Origin: an uncultured Nitrososphaeraceae archaeon
Lineage (GTDB): Archaea; Thermoproteota; Nitrososphaeria; Nitrososphaerales; Nitrososphaeraceae
Assembly (NCBI GenBank): GCA_963779615.1
Contig: CAVZZA010000001.1
Span: 64,001 to 128,000, forward strand
DNA length: 64,000 nucleotides
Direction: 5' to 3'
In this document: one piece after another, positions 51,911 to 62,339 of the stretch
Position numbering within the stretch: the first letter of the stretch is position 1
Layout: each line of letters starts with the position of its first letter
Notes under the pieces: generated by a model
Told to the model about the DNA's origin: nothing
Databases searched by the model: none
What the model saw: the letters and a program-made list of their open reading frames with translations, nothing else
Position numbers and translations under genes: made by a program

Positions 51911-53411
51911 AATAATATTCCACTCCTGTTCCCAATCCAAATGGATCGATGGTGTTTGCCGGTTTTCCGAACATTGATGATTTTACCAGATTGTATATGA
52001 ACAGCAAATATGAAGAGCCCACTATCCAAGCACCCACAGTCGCCACTTGATTCATCACTATTAATTCCCATATTGGCAAATAATCTATAACTCTCCTAGG
52101 CATGCCATAGAGTCCCAAAAGATGTTGAACACCGAAAACCACCAATATTCCCGTGAACGCCATCACGAAATGGATCTTTGCCAGTTTTGCGTCATACATC
52201 CTGCCTGTTATCATCGGGAACAGATAGTATAGGAATCCAGTAAAAGCCAAAGATATGGTCCCCATCAATATCAGGTGGAAATGACCTATAACCCAGTAGC
52301 TATCGTGGGTCAAAAAGTCCAACGGAATTGCGGTATTAACAACTCCTCCCGCACCCGAAGCAAAGAACATCACTATACCCCCAACTCCAAACAGCATAGG
52401 CGCTGCAAACTTAATTCTTCCACCCCACATGGTAGCTATAAAGTTAAAGATGTGCATTGCCGATGGCGGAACTGCTGCCAATGTCCCAACCATAAACACG
52501 GTCTTTTCTGTAAAACTCATACCCGAGGCAAACATATGGTGAGCCCAAGACCCAAATCCAATGACTATGATTATCACCAGCGCTGCAACACCAGAATAGT
52601 AGCTAAAAATAGGCTTCCTTGAAAATGTTGGGATTATTTCATACAGCATACCTACCGCAGGTAAGAAGAATATGTAGACTTCAGGATGGAATGTAAACCA
52701 GAACAAATGCTGATATGCAACAGGGTCTCCACCCATTTCCGCATTAAAGAATCCGGATACACCCAGCCTATCCGTAGAAAGCATTACCAAAGCAGCTGAA
52801 AAAGTCGGCATGGACACAATAATCATAAGTGATGTAGCCATAATAGCCCAGGAGAAAAGGGACATTTTCATTATTGGCAAGTCCGGATGCTTCATTTTTA
52901 GAATAGTCACTACAAAGTTTATCGAACCCAGCAACGAGGAAAACGTTAGAAACGTAAGTGCATATATCCACATATCCGCAGCAGGACCTGGAGCTTTTAA
53001 TATGGAATATGGAGGATAGGCATTCCAGGTGGTATCTGCAAAACCACACCACAGAAGGACTATACATGGAGGTATCATCCAATATGCAATGGCATTTAAT
53101 TTAGGCCATGCCATGTCCTTGTACCTTACCATAATAGGAATCAAATAGTTACCAATTCCAGCTGCAAAAGGTATTGCCCACAAAAATAGCATTGTAGTAC
53201 CATGCATGGTAAAAAATCTTGCAAAATCGGATTGACCGGTAAATATTTGGAGACCAGGTAAAAACAATTCTGATCTTATTGCTATAGCCAAAGCTCCACC
53301 AGCAATCAGAGATACTACTGAAGTTATAACATACAATAACCCTATATCAGTGTGGTGAGTGGAAAATATTATTTCCCATAATGGCCGAGGTTTTTTTAAT
53401 TCTAAAACCAA
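51879..53411 (-). CDS. coxA: Heme-copper oxidase subunit I
   Basis: TMHG, FWFTFHPEVY, WAHHMF, HDSYWVIGHFH, GMPRR. Confidence 0.98.
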   Translation of the reverse strand: MVLELKKPRPLWEIIFSTHHTDIGLLYVITSVVSLIAGGALAIAIRSELFLPGLQIFTGQSDFARFFTMHGTTMLFLWAIPFAAGIGNYLIPIMVRYKDMAWPKLNAIAYWMIPPCIVLLWCGFADTTWNAYPPYSILKAPGPAADMWIYALTFLTFSSLLGSINFVVTILKMKHPDLPIMKMSLFSWAIMATSLMIIVSMPTFSAALVMLSTDRLGVSGFFNAEMGGDPVAYQHLFWFTFHPEVYIFFLPAVGMLYEIIPTFSRKPIFSYYSGVAALVIIIVIGFGSWAHHMFASGMSFTEKTVFMVGTLAAVPPSAMHIFNFIATMWGGRIKFAAPMLFGVGGIVMFFASGAGGVVNTAIPLDFLTHDSYWVIGHFHLILMGTISLAFTGFLYYLFPMITGRMYDAKLAKIHFVMAFTGILVVFGVQHLLGLYGMPRRVIDYLPIWELIVMNQVATVGAWIVGSSYLLFIYNLVKSSMFGKPANTIDPFGLGTGVEYYYDFARREPHH

Positions 53412-54087
53412 TTTTTTAGTATAACACCCCTATATCCTTTATTTCCAGGTAAAGTCTATAAAAGTATTTGGTTTGATTTAAATAAAAAAGACAATTGAGT
53501 ATTTTTTTAATAAGGAAACAATAAAATACGCCTATGGATCGGGCCCTGCCAACCTTTCGTTCACCTCCCTATTGTGATATCAATGAATGGGTTAGGCCAC
53601 TTTTTCGTGTGATTTTATTTGCGTTTGTCATTTTTGCAAGAAAGTAATCGCCAAACAATCATGTATTCAAATAGTGCATTGTAACCCCACCCAATAATGA
53701 CCTTCTACCATAAAGGAGTGTTTGAGGATTCATTTCCGAGAATCACAGGCCTATGCACAACGTTCTGCCCTCCTCACCAACCCTATGTCGAAACTGGATG
53801 GAAAGTATTATCCACAACAAGAACCGAAAAAAACACCCATGGATTTGACACCTGACAGAGATCAGGACGAAATGGATTATTTTTTTTTAGACGCCAGTTT
53901 CCTGTAGATCAAGAGATCAAAGCACCAATCATAATCAACATAACGATACGATTGGCGTTTCCAATCATAAAAAAACATTGCAAAACATTGTTTTAGTTTG
54001 GATGTACAGGACCATTAGGCCAGATTTTTCCAGAACAAGTAAAAGCTTTATTTTTAAACAGTTAAATAATTTTTTAAAGAACACGAC

Positions 54088-54419
54088 AAAAAGAAGAATG
54101 GGGATAAGGAGGAGAAGACAGGCCTATAGACCGACTACGCCGTGACAGTTAGCGTTCCTTTCATGAAGGGATGCACTGTGCAGTGGTAAGGATAGTCACC
54201 AGCAGCCAAAGTCGATGTGTCTATTTTTGCGGACTTGCCCACCATTATGAGGCTCGTGTCAAACGATTTGCCGGTTGTGGGGTCATCTGGCCCCTCTCCG
54301 TTGGTTGCCGTATGCGGGGCATTGTCATCGTTTACCACGTTGACTGAATCACCCTTCTTCACGGACAATTTTGCTGGCTCATACGATGGATTGCCTTGGG
54401 TTGAAGCGCCTGAGGGAAT
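54088..54419. repeat. Direct repeat copy 2 (cupredoxin domain plus 3' non-coding region)
   Basis: Near-identical to 51329-51661. Confidence 0.92.
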
Positions 54420-55082
54420 AGACAATGTAACTGAAGGTCCACCTGCATTTGTCGCATTGGATGCGCCAGCTGCATTTGATGCATTTGTTGCAGAAGATGA
54501 CGTGGCGTTTTGTGCAGGTGAGCCCGGTTTAACCAATGTTTCATATCCGGTGCCTTGTGATACCTCACCACCACCACTTGTTAGCGGATTGATAACTGTC
54601 GCAAATCCTGTGCCGCCTGATATCAATGGTTTTTCCGGGTTGCTTGGGACGGATTGGGTTCCATTGTTTTGCTCAACAAACAACTTTGCCCTCATGTCTT
54701 GATGTCCCTGGCCACGGTCCTCCCTGCATTCAATGAGGTATTCCCCGGGTTTGTCAAACACATTCCACATTGTGTTAACCCTACCCGGCACTGCATCCAT
54801 AAGAAGCGCAAAATCCGGCACTGCAAAATCGTGAAGAACATCAGTTGCAATCAGTTCAAATCTATAGGGTATATCCGTCTTCAAATGAAGCTCGTTTATC
54901 TCTTGTGTTCCATCCGCATGCTCGAAAGACCAAAACCACTGTTGGCCTATAACTCTAACAGTTTCAGAGTTGGGAGGAGCGTACTCCAACGTGTGTTCCA
55001 CCCTCCAGGACTCTGCGCCCACCCAAACCAACAGGGCAATTACAACAAGAACATATGCCCACTCAGGAGTGGCGTGTCCCAT
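54135..55082 (-). CDS. coxB: Heme-copper oxidase subunit II with an altered CuA motif and a fused C-terminal type-1 cupredoxin
   Basis: GQQWFW.F, DVLH.F, DAVPGR, CREDRGQGHQDM, then a linker and PHTAT...YHCTVHPFM. Confidence 0.93.
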   Translation of the reverse strand: MGHATPEWAYVLVVIALLVWVGAESWRVEHTLEYAPPNSETVRVIGQQWFWSFEHADGTQEINELHLKTDIPYRFELIATDVLHDFAVPDFALLMDAVPGRVNTMWNVFDKPGEYLIECREDRGQGHQDMRAKLFVEQNNGTQSVPSNPEKPLISGGTGFATVINPLTSGGGEVSQGTGYETLVKPGSPAQNATSSSATNASNAAGASNATNAGGPSVTLSIPSGASTQGNPSYEPAKLSVKKGDSVNVVNDDNAPHTATNGEGPDDPTTGKSFDTSLIMVGKSAKIDTSTLAAGDYPYHCTVHPFMKGTLTVTA

Positions 55083-55354
55083 TAATCATTACCCCCACTT
55101 ACACTATAATCATTATACCTCTTGTGAGACTCCCTAAATCTCCAGCAAATGTATATCAATACACCCTGAACAACTGCCCCCACCATAAAGGCAGCAATCA
55201 TCAATCTATAAAACAAGGCCCAAATCTCAACCCGTCTGATAACAGTTTCACCACCTTCCTGAGCATAGACTATTTGGAGAACACTTTGGAAACCGATGGC
55301 GGCCATAGAACCCAAAATAAAAAACATCATTATTTTACTATAGGAATAAGCCAT
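55082..55354 (-). CDS. Small membrane protein resembling the CoxB N-terminal transmembrane part (split subunit II)
   Basis: Leader ending VYA|QE, then IW.LFY..M..AF.VGAVV.G...YI.WRFRESH; stop overlaps the coxB start. Confidence 0.8.
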   Translation of the reverse strand: MAYSYSKIMMFFILGSMAAIGFQSVLQIVYAQEGGETVIRRVEIWALFYRLMIAAFMVGAVVQGVLIYICWRFRESHKRYNDYSVSGGND

Positions 55355-55468
55355 ATGACTTTATTTCACTCTCTATTTTGTTCTGTAAATTAACATCTAA
55401 TTTAAGGTTTTTGATAAATGAGGTCCCTTTTTTATTGTTGGCAGGGGATACATAATAAATAAAAATAA

Positions 55469-56104
55469 TCACGCATCGGAGACAAACCTACGTATGTCCA
55501 TCACATTCAATCCACATAATGAAATCACGTCATTACTGCTTTTAAAGATATTGAGGGAAGCGTTGGGAATATAGATATCATAAACCGAAGAGGGTTTTAT
55601 GTTCATTATAAGGGAGATAGCAGCTTTGATTGGGTCAAGGTGAGAAACAAGGAGAACATTTTCATCCCTGTGTTTTTTCACCATTTCCTGCAATAACGCA
55701 GAAACTCTTTTTTTTACCTCCCCGAAGGATTCGACCTCGAACTCCAATAGGGAATTTTCATCGTCATTGTCACAGTAAAACTTTACAAACAGATTTCCGT
55801 GTTTACTTATTAGGTCTTCATAGTACATTCCCACCAGCTTGCCCAATTCTATTTCAAACAAGCGCTCATCCTTTTCGATTGGCACACCTAGAATGCTGGA
55901 AACGATTTCAGCAGTCTCCATCGTTCTGATAACAGGGCTGGAATAAATTTTGTGCACATCAATGGTCGAGAGGATTTGCGTGGTGGTGTTTTTGACCTGC
56001 TCTCTTCCTAAATCGGTCAAATGAGACTCAAGGTTTCTGCCTACCAAAAGCTTTTTTACATTATTGTTGGCCTGGCCATGCCTCATGAATATGATAAGGG
56101 ACAT
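55469..56104 (-). CDS. Histidine phosphatase (phosphoglycerate mutase superfamily)
   Basis: MRHGQ, SSP..R..ETA, ES, LLVSH. Confidence 0.93.
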   Translation of the reverse strand: MSLIIFMRHGQANNNVKKLLVGRNLESHLTDLGREQVKNTTTQILSTIDVHKIYSSPVIRTMETAEIVSSILGVPIEKDERLFEIELGKLVGMYYEDLISKHGNLFVKFYCDNDDENSLLEFEVESFGEVKKRVSALLQEMVKKHRDENVLLVSHLDPIKAAISLIMNIKPSSVYDIYIPNASLNIFKSSNDVISLCGLNVMDIRRFVSDA

Positions 56105-56221
56105 TACTTAACAAGAGTATATTTTAAAATAATATTAATATTAAACGATTGGGATATTCGGATAAATATGGATTGTCGATTAAATATATTTAAAGCCTGA
56201 CAAGTTAACTGTCACAATTAT

Positions 56222-56896
56222 ATGAAAATTGGAATTATTGGTGGAACCGGTGGCATGGGGGAAGGATTTGCCCTGAGATGGGGTTTTAACCATGACGTTT
56301 TGATAGGCTCAAGGGACAAGCAAAAGGCAGAAAAGGCTGCCGAAGACACTCTAAGCAGCATTAAAGGCGCCCATGCCGATAAAATTAAGGGCACCATTTC
56401 TGGCAACGATAACACGTCAATAGCAAGGGACAGTGATGTTTTGATTCTCTCGATTCCCTATGACAACATTTCTGGCACCTGTAAAGACATCGCAAATGTC
56501 ATTAGTGAAAGCTGCATAGTAATTTCACCCATTGTGCCCATGGGAAGAAACGGTAATGGATTTTACTACATACCAATGGAGGAGGGGAAAAAGTCGGCCG
56601 GGGTTTTGGTCGCAGAAAACCTTTCGGGATGCAACAAAGTCGTATCGGCTTTCCACACCATCTCGGAGGTAAAACTAAGGGATTTAAAAACTCCAATGAA
56701 TATAGACACTTTTGTTTGTACCGACAACAAGGAATCCCTATCCACAGTCAATGGCTTAATAAGCGAAATTGAGGGACTTAGGTCTGTTTACCTTGGCCCC
56801 TTATCATTATCCTACCAGGCAGAGGTAATGACTCCAATGATACTCAACGCATCAAAACAAAACAAACTTAAGCATCCAGGCATAAAGCTGGTATAA
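56222..56896 (+). CDS. npdG: F420-dependent NADP oxidoreductase
   Basis: MKIGIIGGTG.MG.GFALRW, IGSR...A, VVSAFH, E..TP...N. Confidence 0.92.
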   Translation: MKIGIIGGTGGMGEGFALRWGFNHDVLIGSRDKQKAEKAAEDTLSSIKGAHADKIKGTISGNDNTSIARDSDVLILSIPYDNISGTCKDIANVISESCIVISPIVPMGRNGNGFYYIPMEEGKKSAGVLVAENLSGCNKVVSAFHTISEVKLRDLKTPMNIDTFVCTDNKESLSTVNGLISEIEGLRSVYLGPLSLSYQAEVMTPMILNASKQNKLKHPGIKLV

Positions 56897-56925
56897 AAAA
56901 ACCAAACATTCAGATTAACTTTAAA

Positions 56926-57195
56926 ATGGATTTTGACAAGATAGACAGAAAAATAAGAAGCAGCCAAAATGAATGGATGTTCCCATTAGGGGTTCTATTC
57001 ATTGTGATGGCGTTTATCATCCTTATCAGGAATCTCATTCTAATCACGACGGAGATGGGAATAGAGTTTTTTGTTGACAACTTTTTTAACTCGTCAGTAA
57101 CAAATGAAAAATTTGTAGTAGCAATGACAATCATGGGCGGCATCCTCATTTACTTTGGAAAGGCTAAAAGAAAAAGATATCTTAACGATGTCTAA
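56926..57195 (+). CDS. Small 2-TM conserved hypothetical protein
   Basis: Two hydrophobic helices; directly after npdG. Confidence 0.7.
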   Translation: MDFDKIDRKIRSSQNEWMFPLGVLFIVMAFIILIRNLILITTEMGIEFFVDNFFNSSVTNEKFVVAMTIMGGILIYFGKAKRKRYLNDV

Positions 57196-57214
57196 TGGGA
57201 TAGCAAAAACTAAT

Positions 57215-58402
57215 TTACAATTTTTTTTTTAAAAAGATATCAATTTTGTCCATTGCCTCCTCCAGTATGGTTTCATGAGGCAGGTACACAACCCTAAAGT
57301 GGTTTGACCCGTTAACCCCAAACCCGGAACCATGGACAGTTAAAACACCTGTCGAATTCAGCATCTCGACTACGAACTCCAGGTCGCTTTTCCACCTGTT
57401 TTGCAGGTCGATTTGGGGGAACACATAAAAGGCACCCTTTGGTTTTTTGCAATGCACGCCATCAATTTCACCAAGCCTTTTGACCACAAGGTCCCGCCTA
57501 CTTTGCAACTTTTGCCTCATTTTCAAAATATGGTCTTGGGGGCCATTTAATGCCGCATTTGCGGCTATTTGAACCGGAAAGTTTGAAGCAATTCTGACTC
57601 TGGCCAGCTTGAAAATGTTATGCCTCAAAGAATCAAGTTGTCTGGAACTATTATTCATGCATATGTACCCGCACCTTAAACCAGTCATTGAATAGGTTTT
57701 AGAAAACCCGTTAAGAAGAACTACCGGAGCGTCCTTAGCCACGTTTCCGACGCAGGAAAATGCGTCATCAAACACTATTTCGTCATAGATTTCATCGCAT
57801 ATGATGTATAGATTGTTCTCTGAGGCAACATCCACTATGGATTTCAAGCCTTTTAAATCAAAAACTTCTCCAGTGGGATTGCTTGGGTTTATTAGACAGA
57901 TCGCTTTTGATCTGCCGGTTATTTTCTTCCTTATGTCATCTATATCGGGTGTCCCATCGTTCAGTATTTTAAACTCCACTATATTCCCCCCATAAAACTT
58001 TGCATAGGAAGAATAGGGCGGATAATATGGTCCGGGTAGCAATATTTCATCTTTTTCCTCGACTATAGAACCCATCACCATGTCCAATCCCTCGGAAACA
58101 CCATTTGTAACTAAAACATCCTCAAAAGTAAGGTCCAATCCTTTTTTTCCGCTTTCTTTTTCAACAATAGACTGCCGCAGGTCCGGCCAGCCCTCAGAAT
58201 CGGTGTAATAGTCATTATCATGATTTAACGCATCAATTAACGCATTCTTAATGTGAGCAGGGGTTTTAAAATCAAATGCTACAGGATCACCTATATTCAA
58301 GTATATTATTTTCCTACCGGTTTTCTGGTATTCTCTAGCATGCAAAATGATATCCCTTATTGCATATTCTACCCTACCGAGCCTCTCAGATATTTTAATC
58401 AA
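57215..58402 (-). CDS. Class I/II PLP-dependent aminotransferase (AlaAT/AspAT-like)
   Basis: VEYAIRD, LNIGDP, INPSNPTG, DEIYD, NGFSKTYSMTGLRCG, VHGSGFG. Confidence 0.95.
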   Translation of the reverse strand: MIKISERLGRVEYAIRDIILHAREYQKTGRKIIYLNIGDPVAFDFKTPAHIKNALIDALNHDNDYYTDSEGWPDLRQSIVEKESGKKGLDLTFEDVLVTNGVSEGLDMVMGSIVEEKDEILLPGPYYPPYSSYAKFYGGNIVEFKILNDGTPDIDDIRKKITGRSKAICLINPSNPTGEVFDLKGLKSIVDVASENNLYIICDEIYDEIVFDDAFSCVGNVAKDAPVVLLNGFSKTYSMTGLRCGYICMNNSSRQLDSLRHNIFKLARVRIASNFPVQIAANAALNGPQDHILKMRQKLQSRRDLVVKRLGEIDGVHCKKPKGAFYVFPQIDLQNRWKSDLEFVVEMLNSTGVLTVHGSGFGVNGSNHFRVVYLPHETILEEAMDKIDIFLKKKL

Positions 58403-58710
58403 TTATAAAGTTCCAATTATATATAATGGGGAGTTGATATTTGTATTTTGTCAAACAGGTACACAACAACATAAACTAAAACCAATAAGGCATTTGCACA
58501 CAATGTGAACAAACGAGTCATCAGACTGCTCTGTTCAGTTTTTAAGCCCACGGATAAAAAACGGTTAACCGGTGTTTTATAATGCGCGTTGAAATGAAAA
58601 AAGCAGGACCACATCAAGAACAAGCCAGACCATAGTCACCATCCAAATACAAATAAACTATCATACCACCACCACTGCTGCTGGTGAAAACCTGTTTCAT
58701 GGCGTATGAA

Positions 58711-59022
58711 TTAATCCATGATACTAGATTCTCTTAGATCGGCGTAGGATTTCACCTCTAATTGAATAAACGCCTCAAGCATATTTCGGTAGATCACCTC
58801 AACGGTAAATGGATCAAAATCTATCTCTTTAGCGTATAAGGTCACCTTTTCAATAATTTGCTCCAGCCTTTTTGCATCCCTAATATGGTCAGGAGTTGTT
58901 TTAAACCTTGCAGCCTGTTTTACACAGTTTCCGCGTTTAGATAACAGAACAACAATTTCTTTATCTATTTTATCAATACTTGCGCGAATCTCATCCAGGG
59001 ATAAGAATTTTGGCTCACCCAT
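58711..59022 (-). CDS. Chorismate mutase type II / isochorismate-pyruvate lyase (PchB-like)
   Basis: SLDEIR..ID.ID..IV.LL..R...V..AARFK......D..R. Confidence 0.88.
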   Translation of the reverse strand: MGEPKFLSLDEIRASIDKIDKEIVVLLSKRGNCVKQAARFKTTPDHIRDAKRLEQIIEKVTLYAKEIDFDPFTVEVIYRNMLEAFIQLEVKSYADLRESSIMD

Positions 59023-59423
59023 TCAGAAATACTGGCCGCTTAAAATTTATATACTTTAAAAGTTCCTCCATGCGTTAAAGCAAACAAGTTCAAAGCATTG
59101 TAACCAAAACAGTTAAAATTTGGGCCTTTATCGCTTTTTATCCATGCAATGTCTTCTTTATGCATGCTCCATCCCCAAAGGCCGTAACAATAAACTTCAG
59201 ATCATCATGCAAAAATGCGCATGTTTGTGCGCATAGACATATCACCGCACATTACAGTTGCTTTGTTATGGCCCCTGTTCCGACCAATTTTCAATGCAAT
59301 GTCATCACATCGGTAATGCATGCACACCATTGTTGCAGGGTAACAGACATGGCCTTGGAGTTTTGTGGCAGTAGCAGTAGCCGCCATAGCACAGTACTTC
59401 ATTAAGAGGAATGTTATAGAACT

Positions 59424-59696
59424 ATGTCAATATTAAAATATGATTATAAACTTTGTTATATAATACAGATCATGATTTACAATACTCGAAGTTTAAAAAA
59501 CCTGATTAAAAAATGCATTTACGAAGAAAACACAAACAAGAAAATAAAATTGTTTTTTAAAATAAACTCACTGCTCCCTGAAGAATCAAAAATACACATG
59601 CCCTCATTCATAACAAATGACTACATTAACAAAATGTTGTATAAACTAGAGGAAATTAACTCAAAAAAGCAAATGTCTGGACAAATGGTAAATTAA
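59424..59696 (+). CDS. Hypothetical protein
   Basis: KIKLFFKINSLLP...I.MPSFITNDYIN pattern looks like a Nitrososphaerales small-protein family. Start is probably the later ATG. Confidence 0.55.
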   Translation: MSILKYDYKLCYIIQIMIYNTRSLKNLIKKCIYEENTNKKIKLFFKINSLLPEESKIHMPSFITNDYINKMLYKLEEINSKKQMSGQMVN

Positions 59697-60082
59697 CAGC
59701 AACCCTCAAAAAAAAATTACCCAAATCGTCATTGCTTTTACCAACTCATCATTTACTTACACAACACTAAATACTGCACAAGAGTTTATTTACCCGAAAC
59801 TTCCCCGCCTGCTATCGACGGACTGACGATACAATAAGTTTTGTGGTCAACAGTTTGATGTTGATTGATAATCAGGGTTGCTAAACTATAGAAATGAACC
59901 CACATTGTAAAACATCTATATCGTGTATACAATAGTCAGGCACCATCATGAAACAAATGCAAGAAATGTATAAAATATAGGATTTATGCCCGATTTGACA
60001 CAAAAAGCAATTAAAAAATAATTTCACTGGCAGCAATTGTAAATAGTCCACTATCGAATACCTTCAGAATGTATCCCATTGT

Positions 60083-60978
60083 AATGATAACAATAGCAAC
60101 AATAGCAATAACAACAGAGTAGTTGTCATAAAGGGGTTCAGCATAGGTATTGGCAAACCCGTTGCAGAAGAACTTGCCAAAGTTGGATACTGCGTGTCAA
60201 TAAATTCTTTGGATGAGCATGAGCCAAAAAAACGCCGTTGATGAAATTTCAAATACCAGAGATGACAGAAACAGGTAGATTTTGTTATTGGGTGGGAGGG
60301 GCGTACGTTTCCCAGCGGCATTTTGGTGAATCGTCAATGGAGGAGGCCGCCAAAAGATTTGGCGGTATTGACATACTAATAAACAACGGAAAAACAACAA
60401 CCGGTCCAATAAATGTTAGTGACAGTTGCGTCAAAACGAAAAGCAATTTGCGGCAAACACCTAATTCCGTAATGGAGGAATACGAATTTGTTAATCCCAA
60501 AATAAAAGGCACATATTTCTGCACCAAAGCCGCGGTAAAACTCATGTCAAATGAGAACAATAAAAAAACTGTTATTCAGTTATTGACATATCCTCGTGCC
60601 AGGGTGCTTGACTCATCTGAGATAAACTCATGCACCAAACTTGCTTTTGGTGTGGATCCATATGTTGACTCTATCTACAACATCGAAACATTAACAAAAA
60701 CAATTGAACTGAATTACCAGACAAAGGAATGAGGGTGAACGGAATCATACCCCGGCTTTGCACATATCGACACAAATAAAGAGATTGAGGAAGATGAGCA
60801 AAAAAGAAACGACAAGAAAGAAGGAACACCAATCAAGAGAACTGCCAAACCGCAGGAGGTTTCAAAAGTGGCCATATTCCTGGCATAGGAAGATGACAGT
60901 TATATAAAAGGAGCAATGACTCGTGTTGACGGTGGTCTAACGCTTGCTGGTCCCAACTATTTTGTAGAAGTCATTTGA
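60083..60978 (+). pseudogene. Frameshifted short-chain dehydrogenase/reductase
   Basis: RVVVIKGFSIGIG (cf. TGxxxGIG), FGGIDILINN, G.RVNGI.PG, P.EV.KV..FL and VDGG, spread over several frames with stops. Confidence 0.85.
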
Positions 60979-61400
60979 CGTTCACATTTTGAGTTTGAGT
61001 TTGAGTTTGTATGATCACAGTTATAGATTTTCGGCAAATGGAGAATAAAAAAGCTGCGTTATGAATGATTACTTTTGTCCATCAACGATGACTAACCAAT
61101 GAATGAATTATTATACGGTGAGACGGCAATTGGGCAATAGGAAAATCAAATAGAATTTCTGTCAAACAGGTACATCGACAATACCAAAGCGCGACAAGTG
61201 CAATATACAAAATAAGCAATCATTTACCAATTCCAAAAAAAAGACCGATAGGCCGATATACACCGCATTAAAACATGACCTTACCTAACGACCTCATCAA
61301 TGAATTTTATTTGCAATACCCATGATCAACACACAAATAAAAAACAAAACAAAAACAAAACATAATAACAATAAACCACAACATTACTTGGAGACTGAAT

Positions 61401-61694
61401 TTGGAAAATGGAAATGACGATACCAAATTAGAATATGTTTTATTAGATGACAAGGATAACAGCGAAAAAGAGTTATGGGAAATAGACTACAACGACAATA
61501 TTGCATTAAATGTTAGCGAAGTAATAAATCCGGACTCTATTGATGACTTAATCACATATCCAGGAAAAATTGAGACCTTTTTATCAAAAGAGAGAGGGTG
61601 CAACAACATCCATTTTCACAATTCCCTCAGCATCCCCACAAGAATTCACTTAAACGCAAAAGAAACAAAACTAGGAGGATGCACGTTTAAGTGA
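61401..61694 (+). CDS. Hypothetical acidic protein
   Basis: 97-aa ORF with a TTG start after GGAG; no recognised motif. Confidence 0.4.
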   Translation: MENGNDDTKLEYVLLDDKDNSEKELWEIDYNDNIALNVSEVINPDSIDDLITYPGKIETFLSKERGCNNIHFHNSLSIPTRIHLNAKETKLGGCTFK

Positions 61695-62339
61695 ATACCT
61701 AGTTTGTGCATTCGTGACCCCAACTGCACCACACGGCAATGTTTTCAGCCCATTATGACTTTTCAAATGCCCTAGGAGGGCAACCACAGTTAACACCATA
61801 AGACTTTTTGAATTCACCTACAAATTATGTTTTAGCATGTACCCATAACTCAATTAACTCTTGCAGCATTGTTCACAAAATTTAAAATCAAACACCATTA
61901 ACAAAACCCTCCATTAAAAAAAATATCAGCATCTTCGTATTGTTTACGTTTACAGTTTTGGTGAGGGGGGGGCATTTGGTCACCAGTTCTTTCGTTTTAC
62001 ATTTGCCGAACTTGCGCCCTTATTTTTTGCTTTTTACCATCACAAAATTCAAAATGTTAAATTAAAACCACAGTACAGGAAACAAATTCATAGAACACCA
62101 GCAAGGCAACATGCCTTTTTTGTACGGCATACTGGAAGAAAAAAGGCGAACAGTCCATGGATTGTAAAAGATCTTAAGTTATGATCGCCTTAGAGAACAT
62201 TCCAACATTGATCACCTGAAGCATAGAAAAGAAACAAGTTTTTTGTGACCGATGAGGCTACAAAAGAGGAACGTGAGTCTTACATAACAAATAAATTTAT
62301 ATGTATGCATTTTTTCCATTTTTGATTGTTTGAAGGTAT

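Noticed and set aside
51879-51940. Overlap of the coxA end with the cupredoxin gene as a special feature
   Set aside because: A short overlap here appears ordinary for AOA cox clusters, and the ATG at 51910 reduces it to 32 nt.
59100-59405. Cys/His-rich ORFs on both strands
   Set aside because: No recognisable family; looks like decayed sequence.
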